DNA of 62,025 nucleotides, filler included. It is 5 parts of 5 records of this genome, joined end to end, with 100 filler letters (N's around TTAATTAATTAA, not from the genome) between each part and the next. Parts side by side here need not be neighbours in the genome. Positions count along the whole stretch, not along the records: positions 17,928 to 24,944 come from SRR20825006_2656; positions 25,045 to 41,715 come from SRR20825006_2660; 3 more parts are not named here. The stretch is one strand, 5' to 3'. The notes below the pieces were generated by a model, which saw only the letters and a program-made list of their open reading frames with translations, was not told the origin of the DNA and ran no database searches. A program made the position numbers and the translations under genes. Below, in pieces: positions 19,173 through 30,165 of the stretch; the first letter of the stretch is position 1, and the number at the start of each line of letters is the position of its first letter.

Positions 19173-20621
19173 TGAGCAGCTACGGAGCAGTTTATCGAGA
19201 TCGATGTGCTGCTCCACGCTGTCGGCAATGCGGTCTAGATTCGTTTCTATGACCGCGTCGTAATTGTAGGCAGCCTGCTCGGTGGCACCAGCCCAGGTGA
19301 GCAGCTGTTGCCGAGCGTGGTCATCGTCGAACAAACCGTGGATATAGCTGCCCAGTACTTGCCCGTCTTCGCTAATGGCGCCGTCAAGGTGGCTTCCCAA
19401 ATCGGCAAAATGGCGCTCGAGGCCGGCGCCCTCACTGACCCCGGCGTGAATTTCATAACCGCGGATTGAGGTCGTTTTACCGTTTAGATGGCAGTGCCCG
19501 CTGACTTGGCGCAGGGTTTTCTCGCTGGCCAGTGTGGTGGTGATATCAAGAAGGCCTAAGCCCTCACTGCTACCGGCTGGGCCTTCAATACCCAGCGGAT
19601 CGTGCAGTTCACGGCCCAGCATTTGAAAGCCGCCGCAAATCCCCAACACTTTGCCACCGTAACGCAAATGACGTTTGAGCTGATCGGCCCAGCCATTGTC
19701 GCGCAGCTGTTGTAAGTCAGCGCGCACGCTTTTGCTGCCGGGCAGGATGAGCAAATCGCAAGGCGGCAGTACCTCGCCTTTGCGTACGAAGCAAAGGTCA
19801 ACATTGGGGTGCAGGCGAAGGGCGTCGAAGTCGGTGTGATTACTGGTGCGGGGCAATACCGGTACCGCCACCCGCAAACTGATATCCTCGCGAATTTGCT
19901 GGGTATCAATGGCATCCTCGGCTTCCAGGTGCAGGTCGTGCAAATAGGGCAGTACACCTAATACGGGCTTGCCGGTGCGCGCTTCCAACCAGTCCAATCC
20001 GGATTGCAGCAGGGCAATATCGCCGCGAAAACGGTTGATGACGAACCCAACAACCCGCGCTTGTTCGCTTGCTGACAACAACTCCAGCGTGCCCACCAAA
20101 TGCGCGAAAACGCCACCGCGATCGATATCCGCAATCAGTATCACCGGGCAGTCAACCGCTTCTGCAAACCCCATGTTGGCAATATCGTTCGCGCGAAGAT
20201 TGATTTCAGCGGGGCTGCCGGCGCCCTCCACCACAACCCAGTCGTATTGTTGAGAAAGGCGCTGGTGGGACGCCAATACCGCCTTTCGCGCAGTCGCTTT
20301 ATAGCCGTGGTAGTCCTGCGCCTCCATATTGCGCAGGGCCTGCCCATGAATTATCACTTGTGCGCCGGTGTCACTATTGGGTTTAAGCAGAACCGGGTTC
20401 ATATCGCTGTGGGGGGCTAGTCCGCAAGCCCGCGCCTGCACGGCCTGGGCGCGGCCGATTTCCTTGCCATCGGGGGTGACGGCGCTGTTAAGCGCCATAT
20501 TCTGTGGCTTGAACGGCGCGACATGTAAGCCGCGGCGATGCAGGGCGCGACACAGTGCGGCGACGAGAACGCTTTTGCCGGCATCGGAGGTGGTGCCCTG
20601 AACCATTAGCGTATTAGTCAT
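19149..20621 (-). CDS. cobQ: Adenosylcobyric acid synthase
   Basis: [51 protein letters not shown]. Confidence 0.97.
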   Translation of the reverse strand: MTNTLMVQGTTSDAGKSVLVAALCRALHRRGLHVAPFKPQNMALNSAVTPDGKEIGRAQAVQARACGLAPHSDMNPVLLKPNSDTGAQVIIHGQALRNMEAQDYHGYKATARKAVLASHQRLSQQYDWVVVEGAGSPAEINLRANDIANMGFAEAVDCPVILIADIDRGGVFAHLVGTLELLSASEQARVVGFVINRFRGDIALLQSGLDWLEARTGKPVLGVLPYLHDLHLEAEDAIDTQQIREDISLRVAVPVLPRTSNHTDFDALRLHPNVDLCFVRKGEVLPPCDLLILPGSKSVRADLQQLRDNGWADQLKRHLRYGGKVLGICGGFQMLGRELHDPLGIEGPAGSSEGLGLLDITTTLASEKTLRQVSGHCHLNGKTTSIRGYEIHAGVSEGAGLERHFADLGSHLDGAISEDGQVLGSYIHGLFDDDHARQQLLTWAGATEQAAYNYDAVIETNLDRIADSVEQHIDLDKLLRSCSLEFRQSR

Positions 20622-21276
20622 CGTCTGCCTCGTTCTCGATTTGCCAGCCATCCTCCATAATGAGTGTGTGGAGGGGGCGGCGTTGATCCCACTGCGCCGT
20701 CTCCAGCATTGGGCGGTCGTAAAATTCCTCTACGGGTCCCAGACACAGCAGGGCAATGGGGTGGCTACCGTCCGGCATTTTTAGCAGTGCCTTCAAGGGT
20801 TCTGGCTCAAATAGCGATACCCAGCCCATCCCTAAGTTTTCGGCGCGTGCAGCCAGCCAAAGGTTTTGTATGGCGCAGGCGGCGGACGCCAGGTCCATTT
20901 CCGGCAGCGTGCGGCGGCCGAACAGGTAGCGCTCTCGCTGGTCGCACAGTGCCACCACAATGAGTTCGGCGCACTCGCGTATACCTTCTACCTTTAGCTG
21001 TAAAAACTCACTACCGCGTTCTTCCAGTGCCTCGGCTGAGGCAGTGATCTCCTGCTGCACCAGGTCATAGAGTTGTTCCCGGAGCCGTGGCTTGCGGATG
21101 CGGATAAATCGCCAGGGTTGCATGTAGCCGACGCTGGGCGCTTGGTGTGCGGCGCTTAGTAGGCGTGTCAGGGTGGTGTCGTCAATCTCGCCACCGGAGA
21201 AGTGACGCATATCCCGCCGCGCGGCAATCACGCGATAGATGGCGTCGATATCGTCGCGGCTAAAGTCAGTTTTCAT
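20614..21276 (-). CDS. bluB: 5,6-dimethylbenzimidazole synthase
   Basis: [46 protein letters not shown]; start reassigned to ATG at 21276. Confidence 0.95.
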   Translation of the reverse strand: MKTDFSRDDIDAIYRVIAARRDMRHFSGGEIDDTTLTRLLSAAHQAPSVGYMQPWRFIRIRKPRLREQLYDLVQQEITASAEALEERGSEFLQLKVEGIRECAELIVVALCDQRERYLFGRRTLPEMDLASAACAIQNLWLAARAENLGMGWVSLFEPEPLKALLKMPDGSHPIALLCLGPVEEFYDRPMLETAQWDQRRPLHTLIMEDGWQIENEADDD

Positions 21277-22063
21277 TACCGGTATGTCGCTGAGTGCGGG
21301 GAATAAAAACGCGCTGGCCTTGGTCTTCGAGTACGGTAAGCGGTTGCCGATACAGTTTTTCCAAGGCGGGGGCTTGCAGCATGATCGAGGCGTCTCCCCA
21401 GCAGGCATTGCCGTCGGGGTAGAGCAGAAGGAGTTGGTCGCAGTAACGCGCTGCCAGGTTGATGTCGTGCAGGCAAAGCAGGACGGCATTTCCCTGTGCG
21501 GCCTGTTCGCGCATCATCGACATAACGGCGACTTGGTGGTGAAGATCCAAGTGATTGCCGGGCTCGTCGGCCAGCCAAATATCCGCTTGCTGAGTCATGG
21601 CGGTGGCAATGGCCAGGCGCTGTTTTTCGCCGCCGGAAAGGCTGCTCACCAGGCGCTGCTCCATGCCACTTAACTCCATTCGCGCCAGTGCGGCGCGAGC
21701 GATCTCAAGGTCCTCGGCAGACTCCATATCCCAGGCGCTTAAGAAGGGGTGGCGGCCGATCATCACCGATTCCATCACCGTTGCCGGGAAGCTGTCCGAG
21801 CGCTCCTGAAAGACAACCGCCATTTGCTGGGCGATTTGCCGCCGGCGCAGCCGTTGAATGGCCGAACCTGCGAGATATACCGAACCTTTACGAGGTTTGC
21901 GCAGCCCGGCCAAGGTATGGAGTAGGGTGGTTTTACCCGCGCCGTTGGGGCCGAGAACGCCCCAAACTTCGCCGCGCTGAATCGCAAAGTTGAGCTCGCT
22001 GCCATCGCTGCGACCCGGCACATCAATGCAAAGCTGGGCGGCTTGTAACAAGACCTCACTCAC
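21266..22063 (-). CDS. btuD: Cobalamin/Fe-siderophore ABC transporter ATPase
   Basis: GPNGAGKT, LSGGEKQR, DEP.NHLD; B12 gene context. Confidence 0.85.
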   Translation of the reverse strand: MSEVLLQAAQLCIDVPGRSDGSELNFAIQRGEVWGVLGPNGAGKTTLLHTLAGLRKPRKGSVYLAGSAIQRLRRRQIAQQMAVVFQERSDSFPATVMESVMIGRHPFLSAWDMESAEDLEIARAALARMELSGMEQRLVSSLSGGEKQRLAIATAMTQQADIWLADEPGNHLDLHHQVAVMSMMREQAAQGNAVLLCLHDINLAARYCDQLLLLYPDGNACWGDASIMLQAPALEKLYRQPLTVLEDQGQRVFIPRTQRHTGNEN

Positions 22064-23052
22064 TATCGGCTCCGGTATAACAGTAGCAAGAAGGTGGGAA
22101 CGCCGAGCAGGGCGGTGATAACGCCAACGGGCAATTGCTCTGGTGCGATGATGGTTCTGGCCAGCGTATCTGCCAAGGTGAGCAGTGCACCGCCTGCCAA
22201 GGCGCAGGCGGGGAGAATCAGCCGCTGGTCATTCCCCAGTATCAGCCGCAGCATGTGTGGCACGACCAAGCCGACAAAGCCGATGCTGCCGGCGGTGGTG
22301 ACCGCCAAGGCGGTGAGTAGGCTGGCGGCAATATAAATACTCCACTCCATGGGCTTAACGGCAACGCCCAGCGCCGCTGCTTGCAGCGGGCCGCGCGCCA
22401 TTGCATTGAGGCTGCGCCCGAGTGGCAGCAGAAGCAGAGACAGAGCGAGCAGAGTCGTCAGTGCTGGCCACGGGCTGCGAGCATAGGCGAGATCCCCCAT
22501 CAGCCAGAACAGCATGCCGGGCAGGCTTTCGGTGGGGGCAATGGCAAGCATAAAGGTGACCACGGCTCCCCATCCCGCCGCAATAACCACACCGGTAAGC
22601 AGTAAGCGTGTGGGTGTCCAGCTGCCGGTGCCGTGGGCTAAGCCGAATACCGTGATCGCCGATACAATGGCGCCGATGAAAGCCGAGCCTGAAACCGCCG
22701 CACTGCCCAGACCAAGTAGCATGGCGCTCAGGGCGCCCACCGCCGCGCCACCGGAAAGGCCGAGCACATAGGGGTCCGCCAGCGGGTTGCGCAGCAGCAC
22801 TTGCATAAGTGCGCCCGCAACGGCCAGTAGCCCGCCGGTGGCAAAGGCAGCGAGGCTGCGCGGTAATCGCAGGTCGAATATCAGGGTGTGGTGTAGGGGT
22901 TCTCCCTCTCCTTGCAGCACCGCCCACAGCTCCGCGGTGCTAATGGCGACACTCCCAGTGCTTACACTAAGCGCAACGGCCAACAGCGCGCCGAGGCTGA
23001 GCAAGGCGAGTGCGGGTAGCAGGCGCGGGGTGTGATAGCTAGCGGCGGCCAC
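22063..23052 (-). CDS. btuC: Cobalamin ABC transporter permease (FecCD family)
   Basis: LRLPR, RNPLADPYVLG, IGFVGLVVPH, LPVG..T...G.P. Confidence 0.88.
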   Translation of the reverse strand: MAAASYHTPRLLPALALLSLGALLAVALSVSTGSVAISTAELWAVLQGEGEPLHHTLIFDLRLPRSLAAFATGGLLAVAGALMQVLLRNPLADPYVLGLSGGAAVGALSAMLLGLGSAAVSGSAFIGAIVSAITVFGLAHGTGSWTPTRLLLTGVVIAAGWGAVVTFMLAIAPTESLPGMLFWLMGDLAYARSPWPALTTLLALSLLLLPLGRSLNAMARGPLQAAALGVAVKPMEWSIYIAASLLTALAVTTAGSIGFVGLVVPHMLRLILGNDQRLILPACALAGGALLTLADTLARTIIAPEQLPVGVITALLGVPTFLLLLYRSR

Positions 23053-23920
23053 GTGCGGTGTCCAGGTGCTGGCACAGCATACGGGTGCCGCTGAGGAGTC
23101 TTGGTGTTGGCCGTTGCAGAGTAGAGGGTGGAATAAAGAACAGGTTATCTCTCTGCACGGCTAGCAGGCCTGAGTAGGGGCGCCAGTCGTCCAGCCAGCT
23201 GCGATTTTCTTCTCCCATGCCGCCGGCGATAATGGCTTCGGGGTTGGCGGCTAACACGGCCTCGTGGTCGATGCGAGCAGCCAAGCGCGGCAGGTTGCCA
23301 AAGACGTTTATGCCGCCGCACAGGCGTGTCGCTTCGCTAATGAGGTGTTGGTCGTTAACCGTCATTAAGGGGTTAACCCAAATTTGCTGAAAAACGCGAA
23401 CGCTCTCAGCGTTCTGGTACTGCTTGCGTAAGGCGGATATGCCTTGGTCAAAATGCTCGGCGGCGGCATTTGCTGCGGGCTCGCTGCCGGCCAGCTCGCC
23501 AAAACGGCGCAGGGTGCGACTAACATCGTCAAAGCCGCGCAGCTCGCTGTAATACACCTTAAGCCCCAGTGCTTCGAGTTGCGCCAGTTGCTCTGTCGGG
23601 TTGCCACTGTGCCAGCCGATTAGCAGATCTGGTTTTAAGCTGAGAATCGCTTCGAGGTCAAAACGGTTGTAGCTGCCCACTCTCGGCAGGGTTTTCGCTT
23701 CATCAGGGTAGTCACTAAAGCTGACGGCAGCGATTAATTTATCGCCCGCGCCTGCGGCATAGAGCAGCTCCGTCGCACCGGGTGACAGAGCAATAATGCG
23801 CGCAGCCGGAGCATCCAGGCAAACCTTTACGTTGCGGTCATCGTCAACGCAGCGCTCACTGCTGGCACTGGCTATATGCGCGAGCAGTAGGCTGAGTACG
23901 ACAAGCAGGCGGCGCATCAA
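23039..23920 (-). CDS. btuF: Cobalamin-binding periplasmic protein
   Basis: RIIALSP..TEL, SDYP..A, CGG.NVF, RPTPR...G...LC. Confidence 0.88.
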   Translation of the reverse strand: MMRRLLVVLSLLLAHIASASSERCVDDDRNVKVCLDAPAARIIALSPGATELLYAAGAGDKLIAAVSFSDYPDEAKTLPRVGSYNRFDLEAILSLKPDLLIGWHSGNPTEQLAQLEALGLKVYYSELRGFDDVSRTLRRFGELAGSEPAANAAAEHFDQGISALRKQYQNAESVRVFQQIWVNPLMTVNDQHLISEATRLCGGINVFGNLPRLAARIDHEAVLAANPEAIIAGGMGEENRSWLDDWRPYSGLLAVQRDNLFFIPPSTLQRPTPRLLSGTRMLCQHLDTARGRR

Positions 23921-24519
23921 TACTCCACGCCTTTTCTCGCCTTAATGCCCGCGCGAAAGGCGTGTTTTTTATCATCGATCATCGATACGGTGTCGGCCAG
24001 TTCTTTGAGGGCCGGCGGCGCACCACGGCCAGTAATAATCACGCTCTGCTCCCGAGGGCGGTTGCGCAGCGCTTCGTAGACTTCTTCGGCGTCGATGTAT
24101 CCGTACTTCAGTATGTAGGTCAGTTCGTCGAGCAGCACCAAGTGTAATGAAGCATCGCTCAACAGTGTTTTCGTTTGCTGCCAGGCTTGCTGAGCGGCTT
24201 CGCGATCGCGTTCCCGGCTTTGTGTTTCCCAGGTAAAACCGGAGCCCATCACAATGAAAGGCACCTCGGGGCAGCGCTGTTGCAAGAAGTTTCTTTCACC
24301 GCAGTCCCAGGTACCCTTAATGAACTGCACCACCGCGGCCTTGTAGCCGTGACCAATACAGCGAATCACCGTGCCGAAGCCCGAGCTGGATTTCCCCTTG
24401 CCCGGCCCGCTTAAGACGATGAGCACGCCGCGCTCTTCGGTCGCTTTCGCGACCTTGGCGTCGATCAGTGCCTTCTTCTTCTGCATGCGCTGTTGGTGGC
24501 GCTTCTCTTCTTCATTCAT
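23917..24519 (-). CDS. cobO: Cob(I)yrinic acid a,c-diamide adenosyltransferase (CobO/BtuR)
   Basis: G.GKGKS, QFIKG, GFTW, LDE, TGR, KHAF..G.KA..G. Confidence 0.96.
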   Translation of the reverse strand: MNEEEKRHQQRMQKKKALIDAKVAKATEERGVLIVLSGPGKGKSSSGFGTVIRCIGHGYKAAVVQFIKGTWDCGERNFLQQRCPEVPFIVMGSGFTWETQSRERDREAAQQAWQQTKTLLSDASLHLVLLDELTYILKYGYIDAEEVYEALRNRPREQSVIITGRGAPPALKELADTVSMIDDKKHAFRAGIKARKGVEY

Positions 24520-24554
24520 TGTGACGGGGCTCCATCGCAGTCTACGCGTTCGAC

Positions 24555-24944
24555 TTAGGGGGCGTAGGTGACGCTTAGCAGGGCTTCACGCCCAATTGAC
24601 TCATAGTTGCCGAGGCTGAAGTGTCTGGCGCTAACGTAGTCTTTGTCAAACAGGTTCTTTACCAGCAGTTGCAACTTGAGGCTGTCATTGATCTGGTAGG
24701 AAACACCGGCATCGACCAGGCCGTAGCCCGGCAATTCGTCGGTATTGCTGGTGTTTTCGTAGCGGTCACTGGTCAAGCGAACACTGGCATTGACTCCCCA
24801 TTGCTGCCATTGGCGGTCAACATCGATGTTAACCTGGCTGTCGGCGCGGCGGCGCAATTCCTTGCCTGAATTTTTGTCTTCGGTATCCAAGAGCGTTGCA
24901 TTGGCTTCGATATGCCACTGTCTTACTACGGTTGCTAAGCTTAG
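24555..24944 (-). CDS. btuB: TonB-dependent cobalamin receptor, C-terminal part, 5'-truncated
   Basis: L.RRA, L.GY.LVD, NLFDKDY, GR motif; heads the B12 cluster; frame open to contig edge. Confidence 0.8.
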   Translation of the reverse strand, partial: LSLATVVRQWHIEANATLLDTEDKNSGKELRRRADSQVNIDVDRQWQQWGVNASVRLTSDRYENTSNTDELPGYGLVDAGVSYQINDSLKLQLLVKNLFDKDYVSARHFSLGNYESIGREALLSVTYAP

Positions 24945-25044
24945 NNNNNNNNNNNNNNNNNNNNNNNNNNNNNNNNNNNNNNNNNNNNTTAATTAATTAA
25001 NNNNNNNNNNNNNNNNNNNNNNNNNNNNNNNNNNNNNNNNNNNN
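24945..25044. other. Artificial contig-joining spacer
   Basis: 44 N + TTAATTAATTAA + 44 N. Confidence 0.98.
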
Positions 25045-26251
25045 CCTGCTGATAGTTTTCCATCACCGCAATCAACGTGCGGCCAATAGCGAGACCGGAA
25101 CCATTGAGCGTGTGCACGAAGCGCGTTTGTTTCTCAGCCTTCGGCCGGCACCGCATTTTCATGCGCCGTGCCTGAAAATCACCACAGGTGGAACAGCTTG
25201 AGATTTCGCGGTAACGGCCCTGGCCCGGCAGCCATACCTCGATATCATAGGTGCGGCGCGCACCAAAACCGATGTCGCCAGTGCAAAGCTTGACCGTACG
25301 GAACGGTATATCGAGGCGCTTGAGCACCTCTTCCGCGCAGCCTGTCATGCGCTCCAGCTCTTCATCGGATTTGTCTTCGGTTGTCACCGTGACCATCTCG
25401 ACCTTCTCAAACTGGTGCTGACGGATCATGCCGCGTGTGTCGCGCCCCGCAGACCCCGCTTCCGCTCGGAAACACTGGCTATGCGCCGTGAAACGCAGCG
25501 GCAGGTCTTCCTCATCCAGAATTTCGCCGGAATGCAGGTTCGTGAGCGTCACCTCTGAGGTTGGGATCAACCAGTGATCGGTGGTGGTTTTAAACGCATC
25601 ATCGCCAAATTTTGGTAACTGCCCTGTGCCCAAAAGCGCTGTATCGCGCACCATGGCAGGGGTGATAACCTCGGTATACCCATGTTCACCCGTGTGCAGG
25701 TCGAGCATAAACTGCCCAAGCGCGCGGGAAAGCCGCGCCACACCGGCGGAAAGCACCACAAAGCGCGAGCCTGAAAGCTTGGCCGCGCGCTCAAAGTCCA
25801 TCATGCCAAGGGCTTCACCAAGGTCGAAATGCTCTCTCGGTTCAAAATCGAAACTTGCAGGCGTGCCCCATGTACGCACTTCAACGTTTTCGTTTTCGTC
25901 CGCCCCGTCCGGCACATCGTCATACACCATGTTCGGCAGGCTCATCAGAAGCGTGTGCAACACCTCACCCGTGGTGCGCTCTTCTTCTTCAAGCTCTGAC
26001 AAACGGGTCTTGAGGCCGGAAACTTCATCCATCAGCGCCTGTGCTTCTTCTTCATTGCCCTGCCCTTTGGCGCGGCCAATCAGTTTCGAAGCTTCGTTGC
26101 GGCGCGCCTGAGCTGACTGCGCTTCGGTCAGAAGCGCACGGTGCTTGGCGTCAAGCTCAACAATCTCACTTGCGCGCGGCTCTTCCCCACGGCGTTTGAG
26201 CGCCGCGTCAAAAGCTTCTGGGTTTTCACGGATGAATTTCAGGTCAAACAT
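25045..26251 (-). CDS. serS: Serine--tRNA ligase, 3'-truncated
   Basis: [47 protein letters not shown]. Confidence 0.98.
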
Positions 26252-26275
26252 TAGGACTCTCGGTTTATTGAGGGC

Positions 26276-27118
26276 TCAGCTCGCCTCGTCTTCCAAGGCT
26301 TCAGCTTTCGCTTTTTTCTTTTCTGTCGCTGCAATCAGCAGGATGGAAATCTCATACAGGAGCAGTATGGGAATGCCAAGAGCGATCTGGCTAATTGGGT
26401 CAGGCGGCGTGAGGAAAGCTGCGGTCAGGAACGTGCCCACAACCATATAGCGGCGCTTGGCCCGCAGTGATTCTGCCGACACTATACCAACCCGCCCCAT
26501 GAGCGTCAGGGCGACAGGCAAGAGGAACGCGGCGCCAAAACCAAAGATCATCTGCATCACAAGGGAGAGATATTCGCTTACCCGTGCTTCCGCCGTGATG
26601 GCAATAGCCCCGGCCCCACCAGCTTGCTCAAAGCTCAGCAGAAACTGCCAAGCCCATGGGATAACAAGGAAATAGGCAAGTGAAGCGCCCATGGCGAAAA
26701 GAATGGGCGTTGCCACAAGAAACGGCAGGAATGCTTTTTTCTCGTCCCGGTACAGGCCCGGCGCAACAAATTTCCAAAGCTGCAATGCCAACAGCGGGAA
26801 GGTAACGATAAAGGCCCCGTATAAAGCCACCTTCAGGTTAACGGCAAAACCTTCCATCAACCCTGTGAAGATCATGCGCGCGTTCTCGTTCCCCGCCTGC
26901 GCTTCCATATAGGGGCGTGCGAGGATCTGGAATATCTCCGCCGAGAAATACACACCAATACCAAAGGTGATTGCCATGCCGATCAGTACCTTGATCAGGC
27001 GGCCGCGAAGCTCGTTCAAATGATCAAGCAGCGGCGCGCGGCTGGCTTCTACCTCGTCTTCGTCCGTGATATCCGGCTTGCCGGGGACTTCACCACCAAG
27101 CTGTTCCGGGGTCATCAT
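26276..27118 (-). CDS. tatC: Twin-arginine translocase subunit TatC
   Basis: HL.ELR.R, F.APGLY..E, TPPD..SQ, LYE. Confidence 0.97.
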   Translation of the reverse strand: MMTPEQLGGEVPGKPDITDEDEVEASRAPLLDHLNELRGRLIKVLIGMAITFGIGVYFSAEIFQILARPYMEAQAGNENARMIFTGLMEGFAVNLKVALYGAFIVTFPLLALQLWKFVAPGLYRDEKKAFLPFLVATPILFAMGASLAYFLVIPWAWQFLLSFEQAGGAGAIAITAEARVSEYLSLVMQMIFGFGAAFLLPVALTLMGRVGIVSAESLRAKRRYMVVGTFLTAAFLTPPDPISQIALGIPILLLYEISILLIAATEKKKAKAEALEDEAS

Positions 27119-27522
27119 GCCTTTGGCTCCCCATCTTTAGTGGTTTTTTTAGTGGTTTTCGGCTTTTCATCACCCACCATTTTCGGGGTCTTTTGGTCTT
27201 TTGGGGAGGCTTTTTTGGCCACTTTCATGGCTTCTTCCGCTTCCTCAGCTTCCCGATTTTTCATAATGTGATTGGTGATCTCTTCAGGGCTCATGCCCGG
27301 GCGCAAGCCTTCTTTGTCTTTCAGGTCCCGAAACGGGTCTGTCTCGCGCTCAGCTTCCGCAGCCAATTGCTCAACGCCCTGTCGGAACTCAGCCGATAGC
27401 TCACGCATACGGCGGACAAGCCCGCCGATCGTGCGCAAAAGCTTGGGCAGCTCTTTAGGACCGACAACAACAAGTGCCAGCACAGCGACGACAAAAAGCT
27501 CCATCGCACCGATATCAAACAT
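27115..27522 (-). CDS. tatB: Twin-arginine translocase subunit TatB
   Basis: MFDIG..EL......L.VVGPK.LP. Confidence 0.95.
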   Translation of the reverse strand: MFDIGAMELFVVAVLALVVVGPKELPKLLRTIGGLVRRMRELSAEFRQGVEQLAAEAERETDPFRDLKDKEGLRPGMSPEEITNHIMKNREAEEAEEAMKVAKKASPKDQKTPKMVGDEKPKTTKKTTKDGEPKA

Positions 27523-27560
27523 GAATACGGACTCCCGACCTCAGAACTGATGGTGCTGGT

Positions 27561-27803
27561 TTACGCGTCAGTTTTGTCTTTTTCTTGTTCAGCTGTTTTG
27601 ACAACTTCGCCGTCGATGGTTTTTTTATCTTCCACAGCTTTTGGCGCTTCATCTTCAGGCGCGTCCATGCCTTCCTTGAGGCCTTTGCGGAAGCTTGTGA
27701 TGCCTTGTGCAACATCACCCATCAGGCCGGAAATCTTGCCACGGCCAAACAAAAGCACAATCAACAGCACTACCAGTGCAATTTGCAACCAACCCGGAAA
27801 CAT
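27561..27803 (-). CDS. tatA: Twin-arginine translocase subunit TatA
   Basis: [19 protein letters not shown]. Confidence 0.96.
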   Translation of the reverse strand: MFPGWLQIALVVLLIVLLFGRGKISGLMGDVAQGITSFRKGLKEGMDAPEDEAPKAVEDKKTIDGEVVKTAEQEKDKTDA

Positions 27804-27894
27804 CGTTCTATTCTCCCTCTCGCCGCCAAACAGTCGGCGTTTATGTTGTTTTGGCTTGTATCATTATCTGGGAAGCCCCGCCAGCCATGACAAG

Positions 27895-28659
27895 TCACGG
27901 CTCGGTGCGCTCATCCTCAGTGTCACCATCAATATCTTCAAACTCGTCTTCCTGAGGCTCAGACTGCTCCGCGCGCTCAGACATGGCGATGGCTTCCTCA
28001 AGGTCTATCTGACCCTGGGCCTCCTCAAGCGCCTTGGCTGGGTCTGGCATGCCACCCATTTTATCAAGCGCCACATCAACGCTATCCAGAAGCCCGGCTG
28101 CTTTCAGCTCCTGCACCCCCGGCAGGTCCTTGATCGTCTCAATGCCAAAATGCACCAGGAAATCTTCCGTTGTGCCATAAGTAACAGGTCGGCCCGGTGT
28201 GCGTTTACGGCCCATCATGCGCGCCCAGCCTGCTTCCATCAGCACATCAAGCGTGCCCTTGGAGATGGAAACACCTCTGATCTCTTCAATTTCCGCCCGT
28301 GTAACAGGCTGGTGGTAAGCGATGATAGCCATCGTTTCCACCGCAGCGCGGGACAGTTTGCGCGGTTCGTCCACCTCACGACGCAGCAGGAAAGACAGGT
28401 CCTCTGCGGTGCGGAACATAAACTTGCCCGCCACCTGCACGATATTGACACCCGCGTGCGCATACGCGTCCCGCAGGTCTTCAATGTGGGCTGCAACGTC
28501 AACACCTTCAGGCAGCCGTTCAGCAATATCCTCAATTGAGAGCGGGTTCTCACTCGCAAACAAAATAGCTTCCACCATACGGCGGTGCTGGATCGCCAGT
28601 TCCGGGCTAACAGCTTGTGCCTCTGCGGCCTGAGTTTCTGTAGTTTCGGTTTGTAACAT
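27895..28659 (-). CDS. scpB: SMC-Scp complex subunit ScpB
   Basis: EAILFAS, LSRAA.ET.AIIAY.QPVTR.EIE.IRGV, GRP..YGTT..FL. Confidence 0.96.
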   Translation of the reverse strand: MLQTETTETQAAEAQAVSPELAIQHRRMVEAILFASENPLSIEDIAERLPEGVDVAAHIEDLRDAYAHAGVNIVQVAGKFMFRTAEDLSFLLRREVDEPRKLSRAAVETMAIIAYHQPVTRAEIEEIRGVSISKGTLDVLMEAGWARMMGRKRTPGRPVTYGTTEDFLVHFGIETIKDLPGVQELKAAGLLDSVDVALDKMGGMPDPAKALEEAQGQIDLEEAIAMSERAEQSEPQEDEFEDIDGDTEDERTEP

Positions 28660-28664
28660 GATCT

Positions 28665-29477
28665 TCAGTCGTTCTTGTTATCGTTTGCCCCGGTTCCGTC
28701 GTCCTGCACACGCTGGCGCAGGTAGATGGGGCCGAAGGTTTCCATTTGTCTCAGGTCCGCCTGCCCTGCTTTTGCAAGCTCGAGCGAGGCTGCGAACATG
28801 CTCGCAAGCGCAGAACGCCGCAGCCTGTCGTCTTTCAAATTATTTGGCAGAAAGGTCGAAAGCGTAGACCACGTAAAAGCGTCCCCGATCAAGCCCGATA
28901 GTCGCTCAATAGCATCCTCAAGCGAATAGATGGGCCGCCGCTCAATTCTTATCTCTGTAATCGAATGACGCTGGCGGTTATCAGCATACGCGCGTAACAA
29001 CTCATAGAGCGTAACGTCATAGCTGCCTTTTTTAAGGAGCTTGAGGCCTTCAGGCTTGCCGCGGCGGAACACGTCGCGCCCCATCCGGTCGCGCGCCATA
29101 AGGCGGGCCCCTGCTTCACGCATCGCCTCAAGGCGCTGGAGGCGAAGCTGCAGACGGAAGGCCAGTTCCTCAGCGGATGGCTCTTCATCATCATCTTCCT
29201 TAGGCAGCAACAGGCGAGATTTAAGGTACGCAAGCCACGCCGCCATCACCAGATAATCTGCCGCAAGCTCAAGCTTCAGTTTCTTAGCGGCCGCAACAAA
29301 TTCAAGGAACTGCTCAACAAGCTCGAGGATCGAGATTTGGGTGAGATCCACCTTCTGTGCCCGTGCAAGCGTAAGAAGCACATCAAGAGGCCCCTCGAAC
29401 CCTTCCATCTGGAGAACGAGCTGGTCAGGGTCATGGCCCTGGGGTGTTACACCTTTAATGTCTTCTTCAAATTCCAT
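28665..29477 (-). CDS. scpA: Segregation and condensation protein A
   Basis: FEGPLD.LL, AADYLVMAA.LA.LKSRLLLP, F.A.LEL. Confidence 0.96.
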   Translation of the reverse strand: MEFEEDIKGVTPQGHDPDQLVLQMEGFEGPLDVLLTLARAQKVDLTQISILELVEQFLEFVAAAKKLKLELAADYLVMAAWLAYLKSRLLLPKEDDDEEPSAEELAFRLQLRLQRLEAMREAGARLMARDRMGRDVFRRGKPEGLKLLKKGSYDVTLYELLRAYADNRQRHSITEIRIERRPIYSLEDAIERLSGLIGDAFTWSTLSTFLPNNLKDDRLRRSALASMFAASLELAKAGQADLRQMETFGPIYLRQRVQDDGTGANDNKND

Positions 29478-30130
29478 TACACCGGCACACCAACCAAGCT
29501 CACAACAAGATCGGTCATGAAGAATGTTGGCACAAGGATTATCTCTTTCGCGAGGATGATAATACCCATCAGGATGAAAAAGCCATAGGGTGCAATCGAG
29601 CGATAGCTTTTTGCGGCCTCATGGGGCAGGAACTGCTCAACAACTCCGCCACCATCAAGCGGCGGAATCGGCAGAAGGTTAAACACCATAAACAGACAGT
29701 TCATGAAGATGCCGTAGTACATGGTGTTGGTAATCCAGTCAGCGCCAGTGGCGCCAAAGCCGATAGAGAACCGCAGCACATAAGCGCAAAAGAAGGCCAC
29801 CACAAGGTTGCCGAACGGGCCCGCAAGCGCCACAATTACCATATCACGGCGCGTATTCTTAAAATACCGAGGCTGAATAGGCACCGGCTTTGCGTAGCCG
29901 ATCAGGAACGGCAGGCTCGCGAGAACCGCAACCAGCGGAATGATAACCGTGCCCACTTTATCAACGTGCACCAAGGGGTTCAGGGACAATCGCCCCTGCG
30001 ACTTGGCTGTACTGTCACCCAGGGCGTTGGCCGCAAACGCGTGCCCCGCTTCATGCAACGTAACCGCCAGCAAAAACGGCAATGCCATGATGCTGAGCAG
30101 GTGCATTTTATCCGCCATCATATCCAACAA
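29477..30130 (-). CDS. Site-2 protease (M50 family)
   Basis: HEAGH, AGP..N, FNLLPIPPLDG. Confidence 0.93.
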   Translation of the reverse strand: MLDMMADKMHLLSIMALPFLLAVTLHEAGHAFAANALGDSTAKSQGRLSLNPLVHVDKVGTVIIPLVAVLASLPFLIGYAKPVPIQPRYFKNTRRDMVIVALAGPFGNLVVAFFCAYVLRFSIGFGATGADWITNTMYYGIFMNCLFMVFNLLPIPPLDGGGVVEQFLPHEAAKSYRSIAPYGFFILMGIIILAKEIILVPTFFMTDLVVSLVGVPV

Positions 30131-30165
30131 GGATTGGTCCTCTTAACTTGTGCCCTTAGTGTGGC

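Noticed and set aside
21277-21489. Apparent N-terminal extension on BluB
   Set aside because: Overlaps the ABC ATPase in another frame; BluB homology begins at the ATG at 21276
24555-24580. TonB receptor ending in YAP rather than Phe
   Set aside because: Alternating hydrophobic final strand is retained; likely ordinary variation
27550-28539. 329-aa ORF antisense to tatA/scpB
   Set aside because: Overlaps two well-supported genes on the other strand; atypical composition
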